Assembly (NCBI GenBank): GCA_048885525.1
Contig: JBHLLP010000006.1
Coordinates: 51,247-115,246, forward strand
Reading direction: 5' to 3'
DNA from: Candidatus Hermodarchaeota archaeon
Lineage (GTDB): Archaea; Asgardarchaeota; Lokiarchaeia; Sigyniarchaeales; SOKP01
Length of the DNA: 64,000 nucleotides
The first letter of the stretch is position 1. Every line of letters starts with the position of its first letter. Below the pieces are notes generated by a model. It worked only from the letters and a program-made list of their open reading frames with translations. It did not search any database and was not told the DNA's origin. The position numbers and the translations under genes are program-made. Shown one piece after another: positions 50,350 through 60,373 of this stretch.

Positions 50350-51714
50350 ATGTCCAAGAAGTTTTCGAAAGAACCTATTAGAGGCATGGATGATTATTAC
50401 CCAGATGATTTACGCGAAGTAAATTGGATAATTGAAACGATAAGGGATGTAGTAGATAGGTATGGTTATGAAGAATATTTAACTCCCCAAATAGAACCTA
50501 TTGAAATCTTTGCTGCAAAATCCTCGGAAGAATTAGTTAATGAACAATCATTTATAATTGAAAGAAAAGAAGGAGAAAGACTTATTTTAATACCAGAACT
50601 TACACCTTCTTTAGCTAGGATGGTTGCTAAGAAAAATCAAGAATTAAAAAAACCTATTCGATGGTTCTGTATTCCAACATGTTTTAGATATGAAAGACCT
50701 CAAAGAGGTCGCCGACGCGCATTTTTTCAACCTAATGTAGATATACTAGGTGAGGAAAGTCTTTATGCCGATCTCGAAATATTTAATATAATTACAGATA
50801 TATTCATTGAATTTGGAGCTACAGCAGAACAGTTTCAGATTTTTTATAATAGCCGACGATTCATGGATTCAGTATGTAATTTTATACTTAATATTGATAA
50901 AGATAAGATACCATTAGTTTACAAAGTTTTAGATAAATCTGATAAGATGGATGAGGGAGAATTTGAAGAATATTTAATTGATACATTTCAAGACGAATTT
51001 ATTATCCAAGGTATTATTAAATTAAAGAATGCAAAGAGTATTGATGAATTATTAGGAAAATTTGATAATATTCCCGATAAGTTTTATCAGTCTGAAGGAT
51101 ATCTAGAAATAACTAATTTTAACCAACTATTAAAGGACTTAAATCTTTCTAATTATTGTACTTTTTCTTCTGGGACGGTTAGGGGGCTTGATTATTATAC
51201 TGGAATTATTTATGAGGTATTTGATACAGGAAAAGAAAATATACGAAGTATTTTCGGAGGGGGGCGATATGATGATTTATTATCAATGTTTTCAGAAGAA
51301 AAAGTAACCGGTACTGGATTTGGAATGGGAGTTTACACGCTTTCTTTATTCTTAAACACATATGGTTTAATTCCAGGTGATATTAAAGAAAAGGATTATA
51401 GTGACACAATCTATATAGCATCTATAAATGAATATGTCTCAACTTATGCTTTTGAACTAGCTAGAATCATCCGAGATGAAGACTTTCCATGTATAATAGA
51501 TTATCGGTTCAAAAATCTAAAAAATCAATTAAAAAAAGCTAGTGAATTGGGAGTTAGTATAGTTGTAATTATAGGACCTGAGGAATTAACAGAACGAAGA
51601 GTAACTATTAGGAATATGGTATCGGAAGAACAAAAAACAGTTGATTTAGATGAATTAATAGATGAAATTTACGATATTATAGACGAATTCGGCAATAATA
51701 AAATTGACGAATAA
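50350..51714 (+). CDS. hisS: Histidine--tRNA ligase
   Basis: PELTPSLAR, FRYERPQRGR, RGLDYYTG, GGGRYD, anticodon-binding domain. Confidence 0.95.
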   Translation: MSKKFSKEPIRGMDDYYPDDLREVNWIIETIRDVVDRYGYEEYLTPQIEPIEIFAAKSSEELVNEQSFIIERKEGERLILIPELTPSLARMVAKKNQELKKPIRWFCIPTCFRYERPQRGRRRAFFQPNVDILGEESLYADLEIFNIITDIFIEFGATAEQFQIFYNSRRFMDSVCNFILNIDKDKIPLVYKVLDKSDKMDEGEFEEYLIDTFQDEFIIQGIIKLKNAKSIDELLGKFDNIPDKFYQSEGYLEITNFNQLLKDLNLSNYCTFSSGTVRGLDYYTGIIYEVFDTGKENIRSIFGGGRYDDLLSMFSEEKVTGTGFGMGVYTLSLFLNTYGLIPGDIKEKDYSDTIYIASINEYVSTYAFELARIIRDEDFPCIIDYRFKNLKNQLKKASELGVSIVVIIGPEELTERRVTIRNMVSEEQKTVDLDELIDEIYDIIDEFGNNKIDE

Positions 51715-51766
51715 AAGTTTTATTTTATGATTTCAGATTTATTATTAAAAGATATGTTTTGCTATT

Positions 51767-52687
51767 ATGACTTTTATTGAGGATCTAATTCAATCTATAA
51801 ACGAGAAAAAATCTGTCGTCTGTATGGGACTTGATCCAAGAATGGATAATGAAGGAGAAATTCCACAATATCTAATTGAAGAATTTCAAAAACCCAATAA
51901 AATTATTACTGAATTTAATAAAATTTTAATGGAAAATACTTTTGATTTAATCCCAGTTATTAAACCTCAAATAGCTTTCTATGAAAAATATGAAGCATTC
52001 GATGCTTTAAAAGAAACTATAAAATTTGCCCATAAGAACGATTTATTAGTAATTTTAGATGGGAAGCGAAATGATATTGGAAGTACTTCTGAAGCTTATG
52101 CTTGTTCCTTGTTTGAGAATTTTAATGCAGATGCTTGTACAATTAATGCCTATTTAGGTTTTGATGGAGTTAAACCATTCTTAAAATATAAAGAAAAAGG
52201 AGTTTTTATCCTTTTAAAAACATCAAACCCTAGCAGTGCAGATTTTCAAGATTTATTTAGTATAAGATTAGAAGAGATACCTAATGAAGTTATTGAGTAT
52301 AAAGTCGAGAACATGATTTTAAAAAGGAATTACATTCAACTTGCTGAGCTCATACATGATTGGAGTGAGAATTTAGCAAAATTCTCAAATTTTACTAATC
52401 TGGGTGTTGTTGTTGGGGCAACGTATCCTCAAGAATTAAAAAAAGTTCGAGAAATTGTGAGAAATTCTTTTATATTAATACCTGGTTATGGGTTTCAAGG
52501 CGCGCAAGCAAAGGACATTAAAAATGGTTTTTATAGAGATGGATTAGGTGGAATTGTTAACTCTTCAAGAAATATAATTTATGCTTACTATAGAATTAAA
52601 AACTATTCTCAAGAGAATTTTGGAAATGCTGCTAGAGATCAAATAATTGAAATGAATAAAAAAATTAATAGAGTAATATTAAAATAA
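51767..52687 (+). CDS. pyrF: Orotidine-5'-phosphate decarboxylase
   Basis: GLDP, KPQIAFYE, DGKRNDIGST, KTSN, VVGAT, PGYG.QG, NSSR. Confidence 0.93.
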   Translation: MTFIEDLIQSINEKKSVVCMGLDPRMDNEGEIPQYLIEEFQKPNKIITEFNKILMENTFDLIPVIKPQIAFYEKYEAFDALKETIKFAHKNDLLVILDGKRNDIGSTSEAYACSLFENFNADACTINAYLGFDGVKPFLKYKEKGVFILLKTSNPSSADFQDLFSIRLEEIPNEVIEYKVENMILKRNYIQLAELIHDWSENLAKFSNFTNLGVVVGATYPQELKKVREIVRNSFILIPGYGFQGAQAKDIKNGFYRDGLGGIVNSSRNIIYAYYRIKNYSQENFGNAARDQIIEMNKKINRVILK

Positions 52688-52691
52688 TAGA

Positions 52692-53096
52692 TTAATAAGC
52701 TCCTCCTAAAGTTCGACCAAGAGTATATATAGCTGATATAATTGGTACTACAACAAAAATCATAACAATAATAGATCTTTTAATACCAATTTGATGAATT
52801 AAATTTATAACATTTACATCTATGAAAACAGAAAAGAAGACAACTATTATTATTATATTCCCTTCTCCATGAAATGTCCCAATTATTGTATTTAGAAGTA
52901 AAGGAGAACTAATAAATAAAATAACTCCAAACTGAATAAGAAAACTAATAGCAACCCATTTTATATTTTTTCTAACCTGAGCTTTAGTAATAGCCAAACC
53001 AATCTTTAAAAGTAACATATCAAAAAGTATCAACAATATAGCACCTATAATTAATCCCATACTAACGCTTAAAATTTGAAAAAACATTAATATCAC
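52692..53096 (-). CDS. Hypothetical membrane protein
   Basis: Four hydrophobic segments. Confidence 0.6.
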   Translation of the reverse strand: MILMFFQILSVSMGLIIGAILLILFDMLLLKIGLAITKAQVRKNIKWVAISFLIQFGVILFISSPLLLNTIIGTFHGEGNIIIIVVFFSVFIDVNVINLIHQIGIKRSIIVMIFVVVPIISAIYTLGRTLGGAY

Positions 53097-53275
53097 CAGA
53101 TGATTCCTCTCTATTTTAGGTTTTAAAAAATCAATTTATATTTAAAATAATTTTTAACTATAAGAAACATTTTATTAAAACAATTTAAATTTAATTAATT
53201 AGTATAGATTTACATTGATATTATAATTACTAAATAGGAGGAAATATAAAAGAGATTACAAAAAGGTAATATGCA

Positions 53276-55255
53276 ATGGTAGAAACTAAAGATGAAGCAG
53301 TTCAATATGATGAAGAAACACCTAGGATTGCTGTGTTCATTTGCCAATGAGGCTTAAACATCGCTGAAATTATTGATACTAAAGCTTTAGTAGAATTTTC
53401 GAAAACTCTTCCGAATGTTGTTAATGTACAAGATTACATTAGTCTTTGAACCGAACCAGGAGCAGAGTTTATTAAAGAAAAGATGATCGAGAGTAATGCC
53501 AATAGATTAGTTGTAGGATCATGCACTCCTAAAACACATGAACCTGTTTTTAAGAGCGTATTAGAATCAATGGGTATTGATTCGTCTTATCTGGAATTTG
53601 CTAATATCCGTGAACATTCTAGTTTTGTACATAAAAAAGATAAAGTAGGAGCACAAAAAGTTGCTGAAGATATTATCAGATCCGCTGTAGCTAGAGCATC
53701 TGTTTTAGAAAAAATATTAATTAAAGAAGTTGATATTACAAAAAAAGCTCTAATAATAGGCGGTGGAGTAGCTGGATTATCAGCAGGTATTGATCTCGCT
53801 GAAGAAGGGTTTGAAGTTCATCTGGTAGAAAAAAGCCCTACTATAGGAGGAAAAATGGCTAAACTGGATCGTACATTTCCTACAGATGATTGCAGTATAT
53901 GAATATTAGGGCCTGTTATGTTACAAGCAGCAAGAACTCCAATGCTTAATCTATACACATATAGCGAAGTTGAAGAAGTTTCTGGTTTTGTTGGGAATTT
54001 TACAATAAAAATAAGAAAAAAAGCTCGGTATGTAACTAATGATTGCAATGGATGTGGTGCATGCTTTGAGGTATGTCCCGCCTATGGGTATAATGAATTC
54101 AACGAGGGAATGGATTCAAGGAGAGCCATATATATATCCTTTGCTCAAGCAGTTCCTTCGTTAGCGCAAATAGATATGACTCGCTGTATCAAATGTGAAC
54201 TATGTATGGGTGCATGTGAAGTAGATGCAATTGATTTTGATCAAGAAGATGAAATCCTAGAATTAAAAGTAGGTTCAATTATAGTCGCAACTGGTTGGGA
54301 TGAGTATGAACCGCCGATGGGATATTTAGGATATAATAAATATCCGAATGTGATTACTCAACTCAAACTTGAAAGAATGTTAGCTCCGAATGGACCAACG
54401 GTAGGACATTTAGTAAGACCTTCTGATGGAAAAGAACCAAAGAAAATCTTATTTATTCAATGTGTAGGATCAAGAGATTTAAACATGAATACTTATTGTA
54501 GTTCTGGTGTATGTTGTATGATATCTATTAAAAATAGTAAATTGATTAAACAGCACTCTCCAGATGCAGATATTACTGTTGCGTACATGGATATGCGCGC
54601 TGCTGGGAAAGATTATGAAGAATATTTTACACTTTCACGGAAAGAGGGTATCAAGTATATAAGAACAAATGTAAGTAGAATAAAAGAAGATCCAACGACT
54701 CACAATCTAAAAATTGTTATGCAAAATACCTTAGGATCAAGTGGATTAAAGGAACTTGAATATGACTTGGTAATACTTTCCGCATCGATGGTTCCAGCTA
54801 AAAATGTTAATATTATTCAAAAGATGCTTAAACTGGAAAATAGCCAAGATGGATTTTTTAAAGAATTTCATGCTAGATTAAATCCGATCGATACAAAAAT
54901 TCCTGGAATTGTTCTAGCGGGAGTCAGTCAAGGTCCAAAATCTATCGTGGAATCAATAGCTCAAGGTAGAGCAGCAGCATCTTCTCTTGCTCGACTTATG
55001 ATTAAAGATAAATATCGGATCCTACTAATTCGTGCATCCGTTGATAAGGAACGATGTGCAAAATGTGGTTTATGCGAGTTAAATTGTCCCTATGATGCTA
55101 TAACTTTAATAGATAATGGTGCTGAAGTGAATGAGATATTATGTAGAGGCTGTGGAACTTGTTTGGCTAATTGCCCTTCAGAGGCTATAACTCTTAGATA
55201 TTATAGAGAACCTCAATATGAAAAACAAATAGATGCAATTTTGGAGGAATTTTAG
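53276..55255 (+). CDS. hdrA: Heterodisulfide reductase subunit A, selenoprotein with 3 Sec (659 aa)
   Basis: One frame from ATG 53276; TGA at 53348 (VFICQU-G), 53447 (SLU-TEPG) and 53900 (DDCSIU-IL), all at conserved Cys positions; GGGVAG FAD motif; ferredoxin motifs. Confidence 0.92.
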
Positions 55256-55268
55256 AGAGGTGAATTTA

Positions 55269-55748
55269 ATGACTAAAATTTCAGATGGAGATATAAAGAT
55301 TTTGGCATTCCTTTGTTGGAAATGAGGATACGGTGCCGGTGATATGGCTGGAACGATCCGAGCTCAATATCCGGCTACATTAAGACCCGTTAGAATTAAT
55401 TGTAGTGGACGTGTAACACCCTCTTTAATGATGCGTGCAATAGGAAAAGGGGCTGATGGAGTTGTTATTGGAGCTTGATATCAAGGTGAATGTGATTATG
55501 AAACGGGTAATTTAGTTGCTGAAAGAAATGTATCATATACAAGAGAAATTTTACAAACTGTTGGAATCTCACCAGAAAGAATCCAGATTTTTAACTGTAG
55601 TGCCGCTGAAGGACAAAAATTTCAAGAGGAGGCTACACGTATTTCAGAGATAATCAAAAATCTGGGATGCAATCCTTTAAAAGATTCAATTCCTTCTAAA
55701 AAGGGAGAGGAAGAATCAAAGAGTTTAAAAAGTAAAAAAACCGAATAG
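55269..55748 (+). CDS. mvhD: Hydrogenase Fe-S subunit MvhD/VhuD, selenoprotein with 2 Sec (159 aa; absent from the ORF track)
   Basis: AFLCWKU-GYGAGD (TGA 55323), RINCSGRV, GADGV..GAU-YQGECDY (TGA 55476), PERI, SAAEG; GAGGTGA SD upstream. Confidence 0.92.
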
Positions 55749-55749
55749 A

Positions 55750-55785
55750 ATGACCTTATCAAGAAAATCTTAGTTGATTAGGGAC
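55750..55785 (+). promoter_or_regulatory. Eukaryote-like SECIS element in the 3' UTR
   Basis: AUGA (55750-53), stem CCUUAUCAA/UUGAUUAGG, apical GAAAA loop, then GA (55783-84), immediately after the mvhD stop. Confidence 0.8.
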
Positions 55786-55919
55786 TTACCTTGTGAAGGT
55801 TTCGGATTAAATATATATTAGATTTGAATGATTTTAAAAGTATTAAATCTTTCTTTTAACTTTTCATTTGAAAATTAAATTTTTAATATAGTATTAATTT
55901 TAATTGATGTGAGTTTAAG

Positions 55920-57218
55920 ATGGGGAAAGATATTGAAAAGCAGTTAATGAAAGCGGAACAACTTGATAAAGCAAGACAATTTAAACGAGCTGCAAAATTA
56001 TTTAATACACTTGGAAATAATTTCTTAAAATTGGGCGATTATGAACGTGCAAAAGAGTGTTTTTTTAATGCAGCTAAATGTGCTATAAATGAGGATAAAT
56101 ATTTAATTGGTTTAGAATTTTTAAGAAATGCTGGAAATGTGTCTCTAATAATGAATAATTTCCCAGAAGCATATCAATTCTTTATAAAAGCATTAAGTTA
56201 CGTCCCTAGTTTACGTAATTCTTCAGATCGTGATTTTCAATTTATTTTATTCTCAAGTTTATCTTATTTATGCTTATTTCTAGAAGGAAAACAAGAAGAA
56301 GGATTAAATATAGTAAAAAAAATTAAAAATTTTGTAGATGATACATACTTTAAAGAAAATCCCTTAATCAAGTTAATAAAAGATTTAACAGTTGCTACGA
56401 AAGACAAAAATGAGAAATATATAAATAAAGTAGAACTTAATTTTGAAAATCTCAAACTTCATGAAGGAGAAAGCCATCTGGTAAAATTGGTATTAGTTTT
56501 GGCAAAAACAATTGTTTCTTTAATAACCAAGTCAAGCTTTGACAAGAATGTTTATACTACTAATGATTTTATTAATCTAACAATAGATATTAATACTAAA
56601 CCTCTTTTAGATATTTCAAAGAATCCTTTTTATAATTATAATATAAACGAATTAAAAATTTCTAAAATTAATATAACTCTTTCCGATAATTTTACATCTC
56701 ACAAAAAACCAGAATTACCAATCATAATAACACCAGGGCAAAATTACCAATTACAACTATTAATTAAACCTCATTTTCAAATGGCAAACCCTTTTATTGG
56801 ACCTATTATATTAACCTCTGAATTAGATGAGAATCTAAGATTCTTTTATGAAATTCCTGAAACTTTTTATCCGAATCTAATATCTCCTCCTCCTACATTG
56901 GATATTTCAATCAAAAATCTACGACCTCCCCTCATTGGTCAATCATTTCCCTTAGAAATTCTTATAGAAAATAAAAGTGAAGGAGATGCCTTGGATCTTA
57001 ATATAGAAATTGATTTTCCTGAAAATCTAAAAGTAATGAGAGGTACATTGAAAAAACAAATTTATTCATTAAGATCAAATGAAAATATGAAATGGGAAAT
57101 TAACCTGAAACCGCTTGAAGCTGGAGAATACTTTATTAAAGTAAAAACGATGTTTAAGGATCCGGATCAGAATCAAATTGGTGAAATTAAAGATTTCCCA
57201 CTTTCAATAAAATTATAA
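55920..57218 (+). CDS. Hypothetical protein: N-terminal TPR/alpha-solenoid plus two C-terminal Ig-like domains
   Basis: Ala-rich helical repeats (AAKLF, AKECF.NAA); beta-rich C-terminus (LEILIENKSEG.A). Confidence 0.6.
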   Translation: MGKDIEKQLMKAEQLDKARQFKRAAKLFNTLGNNFLKLGDYERAKECFFNAAKCAINEDKYLIGLEFLRNAGNVSLIMNNFPEAYQFFIKALSYVPSLRNSSDRDFQFILFSSLSYLCLFLEGKQEEGLNIVKKIKNFVDDTYFKENPLIKLIKDLTVATKDKNEKYINKVELNFENLKLHEGESHLVKLVLVLAKTIVSLITKSSFDKNVYTTNDFINLTIDINTKPLLDISKNPFYNYNINELKISKINITLSDNFTSHKKPELPIIITPGQNYQLQLLIKPHFQMANPFIGPIILTSELDENLRFFYEIPETFYPNLISPPPTLDISIKNLRPPLIGQSFPLEILIENKSEGDALDLNIEIDFPENLKVMRGTLKKQIYSLRSNENMKWEINLKPLEAGEYFIKVKTMFKDPDQNQIGEIKDFPLSIKL

Positions 57219-57270
57219 ACCCTCTTTATTTTATATATCTCTATCTTAAAATGAAAAGTGAGAAAACTAG

Positions 57271-58839
57271 ATGAAACTAAAAGTAAAGACAATTAATTTT
57301 GAAACAGGAAATACTAAAGACGTAGTTTTAAATGATAAAGATGCTCAAGAATTAGGACAAAAAGCCGGAGAGCGGATTTATATAAAAAATGTAAAATCCA
57401 ATAATCTTAGAGATAAGTATTGGGTTGCGATAATACAAATAGATTACTCAGGTACTTTTGTAAAGCAGGGTGAAATTGGTATTTTTTCAGACATTGTTCG
57501 AGAAAAAAAAGGTTTAAAAGATGATACGATCCTTTCAATAAAACCAGCAGATCCTCCCGATTCATTTAGATTTATACAAAAAAAAATAAAAGGACAAAAA
57601 CTATCGAGTGAGGAAATTAACAGCATTATCTCAGATGCTGTTTCTGGATCCCTCTCACGGATAGATTTAGCTGCATTCATAACTGCTGTATCCATTAACG
57701 GGATGGATAATGAGGAGATGACCGCGTTAACATTATCAGAAACAAGGAGTGGCGAGATATTTTATTTCGGAATGGATGTCTATGATAAACATAGCACAAA
57801 AATTTACTTTTCGTAAATTTTGTTAAAAGGTGGCGTCCCTGGGAATAAGGTATCTCTGATTATTGTCCCAATTGTTGCTGCTGCTGGTTTAACAATTCCA
57901 AAATCTTCGACGAGAGCTATAACATCTCCATCAGGCACAGCAGATTCAATGGAAGTATTAGCACCTGTTGCTTTTACTCCAGAAGAGTTAAATAATATTG
58001 TATCTAAAGAGAATGCTTGCATAATATGGGGTGGAGCCCTTGAAACAGCCCCAGCAGATAATATATTAATAGAAATTGAGCGACCTTTGCATATGGATCC
58101 AATTGGGCTTATGATACCTTCTATTCTTACAAAAAAGCTTTCATTAGGAGTTAAAAAGTTAGTACTTGATATTCCCGTAGGTGAAGGCACAAAATTTCCA
58201 ACAGTTGATAAAGGAAAACAGTTTGCTTATTTATTTAAAGAAATTGCTGCGAATATTGGAATTGAAGCGGAATGTGCGCTTACTTTAGCTCATCAACCTA
58301 TAGGACATGCTATAGGTCCCGCCTTGGAAGCTAAAGAAGCTCTTAATTTATTATGTGATTATTCTGCAGGGCCAAACTCTTTAATAGAGAAGTCTACGGA
58401 CCTAGCTGGTATTCTACTTGAAATGGGTGGGAAAGCCCGAAAAGGTTCGGGTCAAGCTATGGCGAAAAATATATTACGCTCTGGTAAAGCTTATGAAAAA
58501 ATGAAAACGATTATTAAAGCCCAAGGTGGTAATCCAGAAATAAAACCAGAAGATATTAAATTAGGTCCATATATTAAGGAATTTTTTGCATCTAAAGATG
58601 GATATATAGTTGAAGTAAACAATTCAATAATAAATCGAATTGCAAAAACTGCTGGATGCCCTAGGTCGAAGACTTCTGGCGTTGAAATAATAAAAAAGCA
58701 AGGTGCTAAAATAACTGAGGGAGAATTAGTATTTAGGGTGTATTCGCATAGTGAATCTAAATTAAGAAAAGCAGAAAAAATCTATAATTCTACGGGAGGT
58801 CCAATCCGTCTTGGTGGAATGATGATAGAAAGAGTTTAA
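57271..58839 (+). CDS. deoA: AMP phosphorylase (thymidine phosphorylase family), intron-containing: join(57271..57797,57828..58839), 512 aa
   Basis: The two track ORFs share a frame; motifs DKHST|GGVPGNK, KSSTRAITSPSGTAD, SILTKK, DIPVG.GTK, IGPALEA. Confidence 0.9.
57798..57827 (+). other. 30-nt BHB-type intron in a protein-coding gene
   Basis: UAGC/GUUA central helix, AC|A and AA|A bulges, perfect 9-bp inner stem AAAAUUUAC/GUAAAUUUU; contains in-frame TAA at 57814-57816. Confidence 0.85.
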
Positions 58840-58856
58840 TTAAAAGGAAGAGATTA

Positions 58857-60347
58857 ATGCCTTTAATTCCAAAAGCAATTTATGAGGATTTCAAGAATGG
58901 TGAATTAGATAAATCTCTTGCGATAGAATTATTAATAACTTTGATTGATAATTCAGAAAGCATTGAAACACGAATGGAAAGCATTAGAGTTTTAAAAGAG
59001 ATCCCATTGAATGATAATCAGACTTTTAAATTTTTAGAGCAATTGATGATTTCTGATTTAAATGAAAATGTAAGAAATTTAACGTGTAAAGTCCTAAAAA
59101 TTCACTATTCAGACAAAGTATTAGCTCCAATATCATGGATACTCGAACATGAAAGATCATTAAATTGTCTTGTAACAGGATTATCTACTCTAGCTGAAAT
59201 TAATACAGATGAGGCTAAGTCTATTCTTATAGATAAGTTGAATAGGCTGTATAATCAAGAACATAAATATAATTTAAAAGATATCTTTAAAAAAAGAGAA
59301 ATTGAGAGCTTTAATACTAAAGATCTTGCTGAGATCTTATTAAATTACTATATCATTTCATTTTTAAAATTTAAATATGGTTATATTAATTATGAAATTA
59401 CTAAAAATGGGTTTATTTCGAAATTAGATTTATCTAATGTTGATCCTCAAGGTATATCTTTGCCAAATTTTCTTGATTCTATTTTTTCGCTTAAAAGTTT
59501 AAAATTTTTTGACCTACGATTTAATCATTTAATAAAATTACCAGAAATTTCAAATGAATCAACTTCAGTACTATCTTTGGATTTAAGTTACAATCATTTA
59601 ATTAATTTAACAAAATCTATTGAAAAGGTGAAATCACTTCAAATCTTGAATTTAAAATCCAATAGATTAAGATTTGTTCCCGATACTTTAAGCAACCTAT
59701 TATCACTCCGGATTCTAAATCTAAGAAATAATATGCTAAAAAAGATTCCGAAATCAATTTCTACTCTTAAATCACTAAAAAGTTTGGATTTACATGGAAA
59801 TAAATTGACGTCAATTGATGTTAAATTTAATAGCTCAATTGAGGAGCTTGAATTAGGATGGAATAATTTTGAGAAAATCCCTTCTAATATTAAATATCTT
59901 ACTTCTTTAGAAAAATTAGGTATGAGTGGAAATAAAATAAAAAAATTGCCAAAATGGCTTTCCTCATTATATTCATTAAAAGAATTAGACTTATATGATA
60001 ATAATATTTTAAGCTTACCTGATTCGTTCGGGAACTTAAAATCATTAAGATCATTAATATTACGAAATAATCACCTTTCTACTTTACCTGAATCAATTGT
60101 AAATTTAAAAAATCTTAAGAAACTTAATTTAAGTTGGAATAATTTTACTCTTTTACCTGATTGGATTGGAGAACTTTCCTCATTAGAAGAATTAAATTTA
60201 TGGGGAAATAAACTTGAAACACTTCCCGAATCAATCGGTTGGCTATCAAATCTAAAGATTTTGGATATAAATTTCAATAGATTTGAACAAATACCACTCT
60301 TTTTGAAAGAGTTAGAAAGGAAAAAAGGACTTACTATAAAATTTTAA
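58857..60347 (+). CDS. Leucine-rich repeat protein with N-terminal HEAT-like repeats
   Basis: About 12 LxxLxLxxNxLxxLP repeats; helical N-terminus (DLNENVR). Confidence 0.88.
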   Translation: MPLIPKAIYEDFKNGELDKSLAIELLITLIDNSESIETRMESIRVLKEIPLNDNQTFKFLEQLMISDLNENVRNLTCKVLKIHYSDKVLAPISWILEHERSLNCLVTGLSTLAEINTDEAKSILIDKLNRLYNQEHKYNLKDIFKKREIESFNTKDLAEILLNYYIISFLKFKYGYINYEITKNGFISKLDLSNVDPQGISLPNFLDSIFSLKSLKFFDLRFNHLIKLPEISNESTSVLSLDLSYNHLINLTKSIEKVKSLQILNLKSNRLRFVPDTLSNLLSLRILNLRNNMLKKIPKSISTLKSLKSLDLHGNKLTSIDVKFNSSIEELELGWNNFEKIPSNIKYLTSLEKLGMSGNKIKKLPKWLSSLYSLKELDLYDNNILSLPDSFGNLKSLRSLILRNNHLSTLPESIVNLKNLKKLNLSWNNFTLLPDWIGELSSLEELNLWGNKLETLPESIGWLSNLKILDINFNRFEQIPLFLKELERKKGLTIKF

Positions 60348-60373
60348 TTGATGATAATAAAAAATGAAATAAA

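Noticed and set aside
52250-52335. Apparent insertion in PyrF as a hidden in-frame intron
   Set aside because: No hairpin or BHB pairing visible; probably a protein loop.
53276-55748. hdrA/mvhD as pseudogenes, or genome-wide UGA reassignment
   Set aside because: The UGAs fall only at Cys-ligand positions, and other genes in the window (e.g. those ending at 13192, 14424 and 31054) use TGA as a normal stop.
55828-55868. Second SECIS (ATGA...hairpin) downstream of mvhD
   Set aside because: AATGA pairs Watson-Crick with TCATT and there is no 3' GA to form the kink-turn core; more likely a terminator-like or chance AT-rich hairpin.
57271-58839. AMP phosphorylase as a pseudogene, stop-readthrough or ribosomal-bypass gene
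   Set aside because: Readthrough would leave 10 extra residues in the catalytic motif, and AAA-to-AAA hopping would leave an extra Lys. Both exons look intact, and BHB cleavage restores the motif exactly.
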